Shown one piece after another: positions 63,336 to 64,000 of a DNA stretch of 64,000 nucleotides. How positions within the stretch are numbered: the first letter of the stretch is position 1; each line of letters opens with the position of its first letter. The stretch spans positions 12,659 through 76,658 of IMG/VR virus record IMGVR_UViG_3300044477_000030; one strand, 5' to 3'. This stretch comes from a virus (taxonomy: Duplodnaviria > Caudoviricetes). Position numbers and translations under genes: made by a program. The notes below the pieces were generated by a model. The model ran no database searches. It was given only the letters and a program-made list of their open reading frames with translations, and had not been told where the DNA came from.

Positions 63336-64000
63336 ATGGCTTTATTTCTAAGAACTTGCGACAAAGACGGAAAGGCATACGGAGGATTCCAATGGCCTTT
63401 GAGGGCTGGTGAAACTGTAACCTCCCCCGATTGGAAACCAACAAATCAATGCGGTAAAGGTTTACATGGTTTGCTGAATGGTCAAGGCAATTCAGACTAT
63501 TTAAATCACAAATCGGATGCTTTGTGGTATGTGGTTGAATCCGATTTGAGCAAAGCCATTGATTTGAGTGGAAAACACAAATTCCAGAGTTGTAAAGTAA
63601 AATTTGTGGGTTCCAAAGAGAAAGCCACACAATATATGGTTGACCATGGATGCAGCGGGGTTCACTTTTCCACCTTGACCGGAGGTGATCATTCCACCTT
63701 GACCGGAGGTGATCATTCCACCTTGACCGGAGGTGATCATTCCACCTTGACCGGAGGTTATCGTTCCATCTTGACCGGCGGTGGTTGGTGCACCTTGACT
63801 GGTGGCAATCGTTCCACCTTGACCGGCGGTGATGGTTCCACCTTGACCGGCGGTTATTGTTCCACCTTGACCGGCGGTGATGGTTCCACCTTGAGTATTT
63901 CATATTGGGATGGAAACAGAAATCGTATTATGATTGGTTACATTGGTGAAAACGGTTTGGAACCAAATGTTGCCTATAAACTCAACGAAAAGCATGAATT
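63336..64000 (+). CDS. Second copy of the octapeptide (TLTGGxxx) repeat protein (partial; 9 repeats)
   Basis: AAGGAG RBS, MALFLRTCDKDGKAYGGFQWP...; last ~135 nt identical to the 3' end of 45335-46114; stop lies outside the window. Confidence 0.85.
   Translation, partial: MALFLRTCDKDGKAYGGFQWPLRAGETVTSPDWKPTNQCGKGLHGLLNGQGNSDYLNHKSDALWYVVESDLSKAIDLSGKHKFQSCKVKFVGSKEKATQYMVDHGCSGVHFSTLTGGDHSTLTGGDHSTLTGGDHSTLTGGYRSILTGGGWCTLTGGNRSTLTGGDGSTLTGGYCSTLTGGDGSTLSISYWDGNRNRIMIGYIGENGLEPNVAYKLNEKHE

Noticed and set aside
1-64000. Alternative genetic code (stop-codon reassignment)
   Set aside because: Core genes are intact in code 11 and end at TAA, TAG and TGA with tight coupling to the next gene.

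Overview
This window is a 64-kb segment of an uncultured-type contractile-tailed dsDNA bacteriophage (myovirus morphology, Caudoviricetes). All calls come from reading the sequence and translated motifs; no database search or folding program was run. Layout: (i) 1-30884, minus strand: complete virion module (TerS/TerL, portal, MuF, DUF2213-like protease/scaffold, cement protein, major capsid, neck, sheath, two tube paralogues, chaperone, tape measure, baseplate, tail fibre), ending in a duplicated four-gene accessory cassette and an acidic repeat protein. (ii) 31021-33749, plus strand: small genes, including a nucleotidyltransferase-like protein. (iii) A ~1-kb G/C-skewed non-coding block between convergent terminators. 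(iv) 34882-39929: AT-rich island of small minus-strand genes with sigma54-type (GG-N10-GC) promoters, a shared inverted upstream element and a (CGATTGA)n array; a second such array follows at 40163-40223. (v) 40222-44375: sigma-like protein, primase, PQ-loop membrane protein. (vi) 44394-45150: an apparently ORF-free, heavily base-paired unit with its own promoter and terminator, a candidate ~750-nt structured ncRNA. (vii) 45335-64000, plus strand: replication/recombination module (SNF2 helicase, sigma factor, DnaB-like helicase, clamp, RNA ligase, PolB, clamp loader, UvsY/gp32/RecA-like), flanked by two paralogous genes with ice-nucleation-like octapeptide repeats. Best leads: the large ncRNA candidate, the sigma54/enhancer/heptamer-array regulatory module, and a 53-aa mini-protein that copies the phage's own PolB motif B.
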